Positions 10,321 through 27,840 are shown, counted from the stretch's first letter. The stretch: DNA of 64,000 nucleotides from the human T2T-CHM13v2.0 reference genome, Homo sapiens (GCF_009914755.1 NC_060927.1), one strand, 5' to 3'. Made by a program: numbers and translations. Notes: generated by a model not told the origin, from the letters alone.

Positions 10321-12136
10321 AATGGAAGCAGATTCTAGAACAAATCATGCTATGGAATATTATCAAAGCTATCATTTCCCATGTAACTCCAGATTTATTA
10401 TAACCGGGGACAAAATGTGTACCCCAGTTGAAAATTACCACTGTAGCCTTCCCTCCATCTTGGCTCTAGTTGTTGCTCTACCTGAGAAGAATGTATCTAG
10501 TTCTGTTTCCCCTGAGATGCTTTTCAGGCTCTGTGGGACTTAGAAAAAGCAATTATCTATCAAATACCAGATGGCTGTGTAGATTAGCCCCAATGAGTAA
10601 AAACACAGTGATGCGAACAAAAGATGGTGATTAGCTGGTTGAATAACAACAGACGATCTCAGCGCAGATGCACTGGAAACAAGGGCGGGATCAGATACTA
10701 TCATTTTTATTTTCTTGGGTTCATTAACAATGCATTCATTATTTCAGTACTGCTCTGATGTTAACAGAGAGATAAGGAGAGGGGGATAACTTTTACACCA
10801 CAGCTTTCTCATTTTTATTAAAATAACATTTCCTTAAAACTTCATGGTAAGAGATGACTTAATGTTGTTTTCCATCTGGTTGTAAAGAATAGTAATGTGT
10901 GCTTCCTGGGAGATTAAAAAAAAGAAATAATTCCAAACTAAGCATTTTTAGCTCAGTTTACATAACTGTTACAGAAAAACTAATATTCCCATAATATTCA
11001 CATTGTCCACGTATGCAAACACAGGACTAAGTTATATGAAACAGAAAAGACAATGGAGGCCACCCAAATGTTTTAGGCCATCATTCTGGTTCTGTTCAGT
11101 TAAAAAAACTTGAAATTTTCTAAGATGCTACCTATTCAAAGCTCTGCTGTAAACTCTAGGATCTCCCAACTCTCAGCTAAGGTATGAGTGAAGGAAGAAA
11201 AATCACAGGTTTAAAGCATGGTTAAACCAAAACTAGTAAAATGTGGTAACAAAATTTTAATTGTAAAAATACTTAGTTTAAAATGTAGCCAATATTTAGA
11301 AACACATTAACACACTCTAAGACATCATCCAAAAAAAAGCATTTAGGTATTGGTGGTGTACAAGCACTAAACATCGTTTTACTTCAACAAAGGAATGGTC
11401 AAAATATTAAAGTCAGAGTTTTAAAAAGATCAAAATCTGTTAAAATACACTGCTTTTTTTAATGAAAGAAGAAACAGATCTCCAAGGTATGATAGGAGAT
11501 ATATCAGTATATATCAGTTAATACATATTTCCAGGAATAGATGCCTTCAAAAATATAGGTATTGTTGCTGAATTGTGGAGGTTTAATTTTTTGGCAAATG
11601 CATTATCTTAGGTGTGGTCAGTTTGATTTGCCTACCCCTAGAGAATCAATAGTTAAACCCCGTATCACCCAGTCCATGTTCCTAACATTCAGACAAGTGA
11701 TGAAGATTAGGCAACTAAAAACAGATATTGTTAGCAGGATGTATCACTGAAAGGCAAGCTGGTCATGAGTAGATATTTTTTCATTGTTTTATTTACTCAT
11801 TTGTGAGCCTGGGGTCATTGGTTCCACCTAACTTCTCTCTCTGACATTTAGATAATTCACCACCAGATAGATGGTGATGGTGATGACTGGCTTTCTGTTA
11901 ATCTGTGTATCGACATTATAGTTTGTCTACCCATACTAGGTACATGAAAGAAGTTAGCAAAGCTTTAGTATAAATGGATGCATGTGATGTGCTTTCAGAG
12001 AGTATCAGTTTTGCTTAAGGATGTTAGGGGCACAATAATATAAACAAGTTTTATTGCTAGTATATAATTTTAAAATTATATTTTTATTAAAGTCATATTG
12101 CCTACTGTGGAATATAAAGCAAAATATGCATGTGTC

Positions 12137-12282
12137 TTTAAGAGATGGAGTCTTGCTCTGTCACCTATGCTGGAGTGCAGTGGTGCAATCATAGCTCACT
12201 GCAACCTCAAACTCCTGGACTCAAGTGATTCTCCTGCCTCAGTGTCCCAAATAGCTGAATACAGGTGCACACCACCATGGGC
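12137..12282 (-). mobile_element. Free Alu monomer (FRAM/FAM-like)
   Basis: Single Alu arm gagatggagtcttgctctgtcacc...caccaccatgggct. Confidence 0.85.
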
Positions 12283-12794
12283 TCAAAGTACACATTTTTG
12301 TAAAGATGAAACAGGAGATTTCAGGGACATTTCCTGCTTAGAGAGGTCACTTTCCACTGTACCTCAGGACTCCAGAATGTGGGATTAGGGTGATATATAT
12401 TAGTTTACTCGCATCTTTTATTAGAGACTCTTCTATAAAAGGATTTGAGAAGCACTGCATGGGGCAGGAAGAAAAAGAGCATAAAATTTACTTAAATAGA
12501 TGTCTATTCAGTTACAGTTATGAGAGGACTCCATTAAGTTACACATTTTTTGAAAAAACCTAACTCTTAAATGAGCCAAGCATACATCACTAAGTATTCT
12601 ATTTAAGAGGATTCAACGTTTAGAGAATCAAGAAGTACCAGTGGCTGCATTCTCACAATTTCCTGCAAGAATGAGTCTCTCACTTATCTACTTTAGTGTC
12701 TCATTTACCACTTTTGGTGTGAAAAGTTCCCATGATTTATACATACCTAGACTCTTACTGCTAAAGATTCTTTACATACTTTGATGATAATGAT

Positions 12795-13022
12795 TATAAT
12801 GATAACCCATACATAGTGTTTAATGCATGCCAGACACTGCTCTAAGGTTTTTGCATTTAACGCTCACAGGGATGCAATTGTCCTCATGTTTTCATTTTAC
12901 AGATGAGGAAACTGACTCATAGAGAGTTAAGTAATTTTTTTCAAGGGCATGTAGCTTACAAATGATAGAACAAAGATTGGACCCTGGACAATCTGGTTCC
13001 AGGGTCCTGTTCTTAAACATTA
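12795..13022 (-). mobile_element. MIR SINE
   Basis: Core cattttacagatgaggaaactga...agagttaagtaa. Confidence 0.8.
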
Positions 13023-13492
13023 CCTTTTCCTGCTTCTTACAGAAATTATTAAATGTTTACTGTTTACAAGGCTAATATTTATGAAGTCATTAGAAATGAT
13101 GTTGGAAAACTGCTTTGAATCACATAAGTAGCTATTAACAAATGAGGTTCTAGTAGAATTTGACAATAATGACATGGTAGGTGCCATTTGGCTAATAAAG
13201 GAAATAAAATGAAGCCCTGAAATAGATTTTTTAAATTACTTTCATTATGGTTTTGCTATGCACATCTTGTGTTAAGTAAAGAATGTTGCATGGTGCTATT
13301 GGGCAGGGGTTTTTTTGTGCTTTTTAAAACTTTATTTCAACATAACTATGCTTACAGAAATACAGTCATATTGGTTAATAGAATGCAACTTAGGTTTAAC
13401 TTATAATACACAATGTGGACCAAAAAGTTGGTACATGGTTTAAGATTTTAAAAAAGGACTTGCAATCTGATTTATTTTTATCTATTACCAAT

Positions 13493-13843
13493 TGATATGG
13501 TTTGGCTGTGTCACCACCCAAATCTCATCTTCAATTCCCATGTATTGCAGGAGGGACCTGGTGGGAAGTAATTGAATCATGGGGGCAGGTCTTTCTCATG
13601 CTGTTCTTGTGATAGTAAATCTCATGAGATCTGATGGTTTTATAAGGGGGAGTTTCCCTCCACAAGCTCTCTCTCTTTGCCTGCTGCTATTCAGGTAAGA
13701 CGTGACTTGCTCCTTCTTGCCTTCCACCATGATTGTGAGGCCTCCCTAGCCATGTGGAACTGTAAGTCCATTAAATCTCTTTCTTTTGTAATTGCCCAGT
13801 CTCGGGTATGTCTTTATCAGCAGCATGAGAACAGACTACCACA
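13493..13843 (+). mobile_element. THE1 (THE1B-like) MaLR solo LTR
   Basis: tgatatggtttggctgtgtc...ctttatcagcagcatgagaacagactaccaca; 5-bp TSD ccaat/ccagt. Confidence 0.93.
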
Positions 13844-15466
13844 CCAGTGTAAAAAAGTTGAGATCCTCCATCAAATGCTGCTCAAGAAGGCAGCAAAAAG
13901 AAGGCAGCAAGAACTTTGAGAAACTTAGCTTTGGTTTGCCTCAGAAAAATAACGTTGCACTGTATAAGTTTGTAAAAATGGTGCAACAAAACATTGTAAT
14001 CTTTCAATGCCAGTTTAGAAAGTTCAGTAACTAATGAATATGGAAAAGGGTTGGAGGGAGCCTATGTACACATGTGAAATTTGTAAAAGCTATCTGATTT
14101 AGATAATACTGCATGTAGGTTGTATATCTACACAAACCAAGATTCAGATCATTTCTTCAACCTGAATTAACACTATCTGTTCATCTGCTGAGGTCAACCA
14201 GAAAACTGGGCACACTAGCTGTTAAGTTTTTTTGACTTATGGAAAAAAGAAAATTAAATTTCTTCTTCAACTTTTCAGTTCAGAAGTGAAGGTATATTAC
14301 AGGCAAGGTATTCCTTCCATTGTCCACATTCATGAGGTAGCATGCAATGTGGTCTACTTGGGTTTTAATTTGTATCAGCACACATATGCAAAATGGTCTC
14401 CAAAGTTAATGACCATATAGCTTTAGAAGTGACCCTAAAAAATAAAATGGCCAGGGGGTGGAGCCAAGATAGCCAAATAGGAACAGCTCTAGTCTACAGC
14501 TCCCAGCATGAGTGACGCAGAAGATGGGTGATTTCTGCATATCCAACTGAGGTACCGGGTTCATCTCACTGGGGAGTGCTGGACAGTGGGTGCAGTGCAC
14601 CAAGTGTGAGCCGAAGCAGGGTGAGGCATCACCTCATCTGGGAAGCACAAGGGGTTAGGGAATTCCCTTTCCTAGTCAAAGAAAGGGGTGACAGACGGCA
14701 CCTGGAAAATCGGGTCACTCCCACCCTCATACTGCACTTTTCCAATGGTCTTAGCAAACGGCACACCAGGAGATTATATCCCGCTCCTGGCTCAGAGGGT
14801 CCTATGCCCACGGAGCCTTGCTCATTGCTAGCACAGCAGTCTGAGATCAAACTGCAAGGTGGCAGCGAGGCTGGGGGAGGGTGCCTGCCATTGCTGAAGC
14901 TTGAGCAGGTAATCAAAGCAGCCGGGAAGCTCAAACTGGGTGGAGCCCACCTCAGCTCAAGGAGGCCAGCCTGCCTCTGTAGACTCCACGTCTGGGGACG
15001 GGGCATTGCCAAACAAAAGGCAGCAGAATCCTCTGCAGACTTAAATGTCCCTGTCTGACAGCTTTGAAGAGAGTAGAGGTTCTCTGAGCACGCAGCTGGA
15101 GATCTGAGAATGGGCAGACTGCCTCCTCAAGTGGGTCCCTGACCCCCGAGTAGCCTAACTAGGAGGCACCCCCCAGTAGGGGCAGACTGACACCTCACAT
15201 GGCCGGATACTCCTCTGAGACAAAACTTCCAGAGGAACGATCAGGCAGCAACATTTGCTGTTCAACAATATCCGCTGTTGTGCAGCCTCCGCTGCTGATA
15301 CCCAGGGAAACAGGGTCTGGAGTGGACCTCCAGCAAACTCCAACAGACCTGCAGCTGAGGGTCCTGACTGTTAGAAGGAAAACCAACAAAAAGAAAGGAC
15401 ATCCATGCCAAAAACCCATCAGTACATCACCATCATCAAAGACCAAAGGTAGATAAAACCACAAAG

Positions 15467-16478
15467 ATGGGGAAAAAACAGAGCAGAAAAACTGGAAACT
15501 CTGAAAATCAGAGCGCTTCTCTCCTCCAAAGGAACGCAGCTCCTCACCAACAATGGAACAAAGCTGGATGGAGAATGACTTTGATGAGTTGAGAGAAGAA
15601 GGCTTCAGACAATCAAACTACTCCGAGCTAAAGGAGGAAGTTTGAACCCATGGCAAAGAAGTTAAAAACCTTGAAAAAAAATTAGACGAATGGATAACTA
15701 GAATAACCAATGCAGGGAAGTCCTTAAAGGACCTGATGGAGCTGAAAACCAAGGCACGAGAACTATGTGACGAATGCACAAGCCTCAGTAACCGATGCGA
15801 TCAACTGGAAGAAAGGGTATCAGTGATTGAAGATCAAATGAATGAAATGAAGTGAGAAGGGAAGTTTAGAGAAAAAAGAGTAAAAAGAAACGAACAAAGC
15901 CTCCAAGAAATATGGGACTATGTGAACAGACCAAATTTACGTCTGATTGGTGTACCTGAAAGTGACGGGGAGAATGGAACCAAGTTGGAAAACACTCTGC
16001 AGGATATTATCCAGGAGAACTTCCCCAACCTAGCAAGGCAGGCCAACATTCAATTTCAGGAAATACAGAGAATACCACAAAGATACTCCTCAACAAAAGC
16101 ATCTCCAAGACACATAATTGTCAGATTCAAGTTGAAATGAGGGAAAAAATGTTGAGGGCAGCCAGAGAGAAAGGTCGGGTTACCCACAAAGGGAAGCCCA
16201 TCAGACTAACAGCAGATCTCTTGGCAGAAACTCTACAAGCCAGAAGAGAGTGGGGGCCAATATTCAACATTCTTAAAGAAAAGAATTTTCAACCCAGAAT
16301 TTCATATCCAGCCAAACTAAGCTTCATAAGTGAAGGAGAAATAAAATACTTTACAGACAAGCAAATGCTGAGAGATTTTGTCACCACCAGGCCTGCCCTA
16401 AAAGAGCTCCTGAAGGAAGCACTAAACATGGAAAGGAGCAACTGGTACCAGCCACTGCAAAAACATGCCAAATTGTAA
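15467..16478 (+). pseudogene. L1 ORF1p (RNA-binding chaperone), disrupted
   Basis: ATG at 15467 (MGKKQSRK); early 1-nt deletion near 15521, CGA>TGA changes and a 4-nt deletion near 16130; C-terminus ...NWYQPLQKHAKL*. Confidence 0.93.
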
Positions 16479-16541
16479 AGACCATCAATGCTAGGAAGAA
16501 ACTGCATCAACTAACGAGCAAAATAACCAACTAACATCATA

Positions 16542-20371
<3,830 letters not shown>

Positions 20372-21773
20372 ACAATGAGAACACATGGACACAGGAAGGG
20401 GAACATCACACACTGGGGCCTGTTGTGGGGTGGGGGTAGTGGGGAGGGATAGCATTGGGAGATATACCTAATGTTAAATGATGAGTTACTGGGTGCAGCA
20501 CACCAACATGGCACATGTATACATATGTAACAAACCTGCATGTTGTGCACATGTACCGTAAAACTTAAAGTATAATAAAAAAATAAAATAAAATAAAATG
20601 GCCCTTCTTAGAAGACTAGAGCAAAATGTCTAGCCATACTTACAAGCCTTATCAAAAAAAAAATGCAACCCCTTATGAATTACACCTCAATTTTAAAAAG
20701 TAGCCTCAATATAAGAAGCAGCTTTGAAAAAAAGAGAAAAACATATAACTTAAAACATCTCGAAAACCATTATGAATATAGGTTCAAAAGATAGTTAAGA
20801 AATTAATTTTCATAAGACTCCCTTGGATTAAGGCTTATAATATATTCTAGTATTTCAAGTTTATCACTAGTTACTAAATATCAATTTTTAAATAACATGT
20901 TCTTTTTTGCTCTTTTATCAAAAGGGAAAATTCTAGCTTCATTCTATCTAATGTGGGGGAGAGGGACTAGAAAATAAATAAATTCAAAATGTTCTGTGGG
21001 AATATTGCATTTTTCAAATGGAAGAACTTCCAACTGACCAGAAGTTCATACTGCCAACATACTTTTCACTGAAACAATTTTTAATAAATACAAATACATG
21101 GCATTGAGGTTTTGAACCTAATATAGGCCTGACAGTTAAGTCCTTTTTTTCTGGAAGAAGGCCTCAAGTCCCAATCAATTTCCAGTAACAATGTTTTTAC
21201 AAATCAATGTAATAATAAAGGGTTTTATTTTCCTTCATATTTTTGTTTTTAGCATTCTAGTCTTAAATACTAGATTAGAATTTAGTTCAGTTCCCCAGAA
21301 GCAAATAGCTTTTCTTTTGCAATATGAGAGAATCCACAAAAAACCTTTCCCCAAACTAATTCCTAATATTTAATATGTGTTTAAATGAATCTTTTTCTAT
21401 ACAATGTAAATGGTAACTTTGGTAAAATGTTCCCATGAGTTGTTAGAAAGATTTAACTAGCTTTGTAATTTAAGTTTTAAAACATAAATATTTGCAGCTT
21501 GATCTTCTTTTGATAGTGATTGTTGGAGCCCAGAATTCAACATTTATAAATTCTCATTCATGCAAACAAAACACAGACCATCATCATACAACTTACTCCT
21601 CATGTCCTGAGAGAAGAATCTTCTACTTCTTTCAGTCTTTGGCCTCCCAGTAAATTCCAATTTCAAACAACTTTTAACTCAAACTTCACTCTTAGATTTT
21701 TAACAAGCTTTTCACACATACATCATTAATGCTTCCCCTAATCTTTCATGTTGTACTGGCTATTGGGCAGTTG

Positions 21774-21778
<5 letters not shown>

Positions 21779-21803
<25 letters not shown>
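21779..21803 (+). repeat. Poly(A) run, ~25 nt
   Basis: Seen directly; no attached SINE body recognised. Confidence 0.9.
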
Positions 21804-21804
<1 letters not shown>

Positions 21805-23718
21805 CAGCACTCCCAAAGCGCTTGATTTATTTTTATTTGGAGAATAAGAGACCTTTTCTCAATTGTCTTTCGATAAAGATAATCCATATTAGATAAACTG
21901 TAGGCTTGAAAGTCATCATCAGCCTCGTTATTGACACAGGAAGCTGGGCAGCATAGGAAGGTGATAATTCCGTATCAGTAAAAGTATAGAGGAGGCTCAT
22001 CTATGAACCATCATCCTGTCCCAGAAAAGAAGAGCCTGAGTGGTCTTACCTATGCCCCATTACTCCAGATTTCTACATTTATCTTCATCATAGGAAAAGA
22101 GAGAACTCTTCTCCAGCAATCACTAGGGGCTACATTATTCCTTGTGACTACCATGAACTTCTTTTCCATATCAGGAAAGTGTATGTGTGTGTGTTTAATT
22201 TCCCTCTAGTTGACATCTTTCTTCCTTAGTTCTATGCCTTTTGAGGACAAAATCTGCATGGTTTTTAAATTAGATCTAATGTTTAGAGTCACTTCATCAC
22301 TAAGGTTTCCCTTCCCACAGCCCAGACCCAGACAGAGATTGATTGCCCTCTTATGAAGAAATCCCATTGCAAAGAGATTTTCAGGCACATTTAAATGGAA
22401 CATATGGGGGGTTGTCAAGGAATGAGAAAAAGTAATTATGCTCCAAGAAAATTAAAATTTTAGCAGACGAGATTCAGAAGCACAAATTTTAGTTAAACCG
22501 AGGAGCAGACATTAATTATCATCATGTTAATCTTGGACTTTGGTAATTGCAACAGAGATTAACCAGCTAGTCAACTGAAAGTAGTTCAGAGTCCAGGCTG
22601 GAGAAATTCTATTACCAAATAGCTTAATGTGATTAAAATTAAACTTCAGCTTTTATGCTTTAGGCCCTGAAAATTTGAAGATGGTTGACATTGAAACATT
22701 GTAAATATTCAGAGAGGTCTCTTTGCCCAGAGTATGGAGTCACAGATATTTTAAGCCAAAATGGGCCTTTGGCAATAATCTTTGCCATTAAGCCCCAGAT
22801 CTTCCCTATCTCATAGTCTGCCCTGTAGATCTCAACCTGTCTGGGAAACATGGCTTGATCTGCCACCAAGCTGCCATTTATCTGTCAGATGTGTCAAGAT
22901 TAATAATTTCTACATGCTGGCTTTTTTTTCCAATTTTAATGGAAGCAGAGTCCTTTCTTCCCAATGGTAGATCGATTAACCAGACTACATTGAAGGCAAG
23001 GAAGGTTAACTTTTCCCTTCAGGACCAATAGTCCTAAGTCGAATATAAAAGATGAAATTTTGTTTTGATCTAGGAAAATACATTGGTTTGATTTCTCCCT
23101 GGAGAGCTGCTCTGAATTTAAATGTGAGTAGGTTCTTTTTAAAAACCTGCTGAGTATCACCCTTTAGAGAAAGCCGCCTGAGATTCTAGTATGGGTTTAT
23201 CACTGGGTGCACCTAAGCATTAGCAAAACATGAGAAGGGAATCCTGGGAATCCCCTGATCATTAGGTGATAGTATACTGATGTCACGTTGAGGTCTTTAT
23301 GTCTGCTGGTTTGAAGGTTCATGATAAGGCAATTTCCTTTCATGTTTTAGTAACCTTAAACATTGGCTTATGTCTTTATTTGCCCATTGTGTGCTGGAAA
23401 AACTGCTACAGCAAGCAGACCTCATTTTTCCTTCATCCCAGAAGCATAAGGCCCAGCTAGAGGCTTGGTGGGATCCACCTCTCCTTTCGATGAAGCCTTC
23501 TGGAATTCAAGGAAGATACCTCTTGTGTAATAATAGCACCCAGGTCAAAATATGTCTTGAGAAGATAGTATTTCAGCCAGTGGTGCATCTAACTCAGTTT
23601 TTCCTCTCTGGTGCCAGCATTCTCACTGTACTGTCCAGTCCAGACATCTATATATAATAGCAACAGGTATTAGTTCTTAACTGAAGGTAGAGGAGATTTT
23701 ATAATAACAAAAGTATTA

Positions 23719-23963
23719 CAAGTTGAGTATCTCTTATCTGAAATTTCGGGAGCCAGAAGTGTTTCACATTTTGGACTTTCTTTAGATTTCGAAGTATTTA
23801 CATATAACCAGTAGAACATCCCTAATCCAAAATCTGAAATCCAAAATGCTCTAAGGAGCATTTCCTTTGAGCATGATCTTTGAGTGTCACGTTGACATTC
23901 AAAAAATTGCAGGTTTTAGAGCATTTTGGATTTCAGATTTTCAAATTAGGGGTGCTCAACCTA
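23719..23963. mobile_element. Tigger4a/MER46-type TcMar MITE
   Basis: Termini caagttgagta...tgctcaaccta flanked by TA; internal inverted arms aatctgaaatccaaaatgctcta / tagagcattttggatttcagatt. Confidence 0.85.
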
Positions 23964-26531
23964 TAGTTGGGAATGTTTGTACCATCACTTTGCAATGATA
24001 AGTAAATATATAAATGAAAACAATAAATGTGTTTTCATAAATATGAAACCAATACATTTCCCTCTTCCTCTTAAAGTCTTATCTTATTCCTAAGGCATAT
24101 GATTCCTAAGTCACAGTGGCCTTAGTACTCCAGCGTAGGAGATGGTGGCACTGGGGAGTGAGAAGTCTTGGTATATTTATCTTCTCCTTAGATATAGAGA
24201 AGATAAGCCTGGAGGGATCAGCTCACAGGCTTCTCTTACAGTGTGAAGAAGTTTGGAGTCAGGAAGAAGGATGATATGATGTAAAAAGAAAGGCCTGCTT
24301 CTGTCCTGGCCAGGGTAAGGATGGAGAGGAAAGAGAATGAAAAGGGGGTAGAAGACAGAAGTGAGCACAAGTAGCATCTCCAGAGTTCTCTGTGAGCTTT
24401 GATGTTGGGAGACTGGGGAATTCAGGAAAACACCACAGGCACAGGCACAAGATTCTACCCTACATTCTTGTTGAGGCAGGGAGTGGGCAGGAACCTGTGC
24501 AAGGCCCTTCAAGCCCAGGTGAAGCAGCTCAGTTTCCATAGAGCTGGGATGCTAAGGTGAGCAGCAGCATCATAACAGATGTTAGGGCCGAATGGTGCTG
24601 TGGAACAGACTCCAGGGTCTGCAGCCAGCCACAGCTGAGGGAAGCTGAACCAGCAAACGGGAGATGGCCGTACCTACTTGGGGGCATTGCAGGAAGGGAA
24701 AGACAGGGCCAGCCTGGTATTTTACCATCAGAGACCATAAGGGCACATGATGATAAGGGAACAAGGGCATTACTGCAGGCCAGTGGATGCCAGGCAGTAC
24801 AGACAAAAGAACTGGCACAGCCTGCGTAACTCCCAACTCCCCACCAGACACCGGGAGGACTGAGATACCATTATATGAAGAGGGGATGCTATCAGGAGTC
24901 TGAATATTTTCTAAAGGGACTATTTAAATTATTAGACCAAATTTGAAGCTGGCTTGGATATTTACTTAGAGTAAAAGCTGTTACATCAGATGTGATCGGA
25001 ACTAATTTTTAAAAAATGATTAAGGCAGAATCAGAAATAATTTATGTATATAACATTTAAATTTAATTTAATGTAAATGTACATTAGCAATATTTTAATT
25101 CACAGCCAAGACTTTTTCTTTTCGTATTGGTTTTCCAATTAGAGTTTTGCTTCTTATTTCTTGCATAAATCATCCTCTAATGTATCAGCTACATTTCTAC
25201 TTGCATTTTCTTTACTGGGCAAAGAACTCTTTAAGATACTTGCGAAGAAATTTGAGTGCAGAATCTTAGATTTCTACAGTTAAAAATTTTTTTTACCATT
25301 GCCTTGACACCTAATTGAAAGTGTTGTTAAAGAAAACTTGCCTTAATTAAGTCTATTCAAATCATTCAACTTAGTTTTCATACAGACAACTCCCTTCAGT
25401 CATTTTTTTCTCATTTGGCAGTATTTTTAAATTATGTAATTAAAAGAACAAAAGAAATGGATGTAAACAGACTTGTAGACAAAACTGACTCTTGAAAGCA
25501 GACAGTGTGGAGGCATCCCAGAGAGAAACCCTGTTACCTTTAGCTTCTCAGTGTTCTGGGGAGAATCAGTAAGTATGATGTAGAAAAGGAATGAGTTAAT
25601 TCAGCAAGACAGTTAAATGCAGATTAATCTCTGTAACAGCAGATGAAGGCTCAAAAGGAAAGTCCACTTACAGTTGACATCTTTTTAATTGTATTTAGTT
25701 GCATGTATTGTAGGTTAACTTTGCAAACCCGCCACATATATTCTGTAATAAATTAATCAAACCATAAATTATATAGCTAATTTGTAAAGGGATGTTTAGT
25801 GGAACACTGATTTTTCTGCTGATCATTTTCCATTATATTCCTGATCCCATGATGGTAAACAATAAGATTTTTCTTTCTTGTCTGTAGAATTTATCCTAGA
25901 TTCTACTTATACACCTTATCAAAGATCTTTTAAAATATTATCTTTATTATCGTATTTGTTAGAAAGCTTGCTTCCTGCCACAAATTCTCCAGAAGTGTCT
26001 CTGCTCTGAAAATAGACTAAATAGGAGAAGATGTTTTAAGCTTCTTTCCGTGGGAAAAGTAACTTCCTAATTGGGGTCCAAGCTAGAAACAATTGTTTCC
26101 CCCATTGAATGGACATGTGGATGCTTTTGGTTTAACTACTGCATTTCCCTCTGCCTCTTACCCTGCCTTCACTTCTGCCTATCTCCAAAGATGCTGTTGT
26201 TTAACTATTTCATGTCCAGTACCATACAGGCTTCTCCCGTTCTATGCTCAGACATCATTTACCCATCTAGTAGCCTAATCTCAACTCTCTATGGCCACCT
26301 GAGTCTGCAGTGGAGCAGGCTGAAGGGAGAGTTGGTAAGCTTCTTGACATTTTGCCTCTGTGTGTCAGGTTTGTAGAGCCAGAAATTCTACAGGCCAACC
26401 CCTGGCTGTAGAGCAGGGAGCAAGACTTCAGTGAGTGCTCATTGATTTATCCAGCTGTCAGAAAACTTGCACCCAAGAATGAGCAGGTGCCTCCACTGCC
26501 TTTGGCCAATGAATTGGGGACCTTGCGTTTC

Positions 26532-26955
<424 letters not shown>

Positions 26956-27644
26956 TAGAACTAACACTGTTCACTTCATTAGGAACCGTTAAAGGTGGCT
27001 TCACAGTATTGATTACTATTTGTGATGAATTTGTGACACATTCTTGAATCTTACTTTCAAAGTACCAAAGAGAGAATGGTTGCTTAACAGAGAGAAGTGT
27101 TGCTTAACTTCCCAGAAACCATTTGAGCTGATACTACTGTTCTATTATAAATGCAACTTACATAATTTATTCCTTACTGTCCTATCTCTGAAACGTGCCT
27201 ACAAAGCTGCGTAATGTAAACTGGTTTTAAAAGGCATAGCATCAGCTACTGTGCTGGGGTCAACTTTTAATATCCTGAAAAGGCTTAGGAATCAAAACCC
27301 AGTTTAAAACTTAGCCCAGTCTATTTGTAAGTGGAAACAGAAATGTCAGTCTGAGAGCATATTGTGACATATCTCTGGGAAATGTGTCCTCCATTGATTT
27401 GTGTCATTGTCCCTGGAAAGAATATGTGAGGAAATAAGTCTTCCCAATCCAAATTTCCTTTTGATAAAACCTTGGCAAAAGCTTTTCTAATTGTAGGTTT
27501 CAAGTCTTTAAGAATAATTTTGCTGGATGATGCATGCTTTGAGGATATGATATTTTAAATATCATATTGCTTCCAGACATCTGAGAGTTTAACATGCAAA
27601 TTAATATATATCATTTCTCCTCTCCTTCCCTACACATATGTGAA

Positions 27645-27669
27645 TGTGTGTGTGTATGTGTGTGTGTGT
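27645..27669 (+). repeat. (TG)n microsatellite, interrupted
   Basis: tgtgtgtgtgtatgtgtgtgtgtgt. Confidence 0.85.
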
Positions 27670-27729
27670 TTTCTGTCATATGAAACACACTGGTTTTCTT
27701 CAGTCTGGTTTTCTGTCAGTCAGAAAACC

Positions 27730-27840
27730 AGACCTTGGGCAAGTCACTTAACCTTTACAGGCCTGTCTTCTCACACTATAACGTGAAGGAATTGTACTAT
27801 ATTTGATTGTAAGCCCTTCACAGTTGTAACATTCTTTTAT
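27730..27840 (+). mobile_element. MIR/MIR3 fragment
   Basis: gaccttgggcaagtcacttaacctt...gtaagcccttcacagttgtaacattct. Confidence 0.65.

Noticed and set aside
24200-24990. Possible ancient LTR relic (also ~3900-4330) and the short ORFs in it
   Set aside because: Only a vague LTR-like impression; family and ends cannot be supported without a Dfam search, and the ORFs show no homology I recognise
25530-25580. Micro-exon on + (ttctcag|17 nt|gtaagt), and a strong-looking acceptor near 29208
   Set aside because: Isolated splice-like signals are frequent by chance; no frame-preserving or recognisable coding sequence
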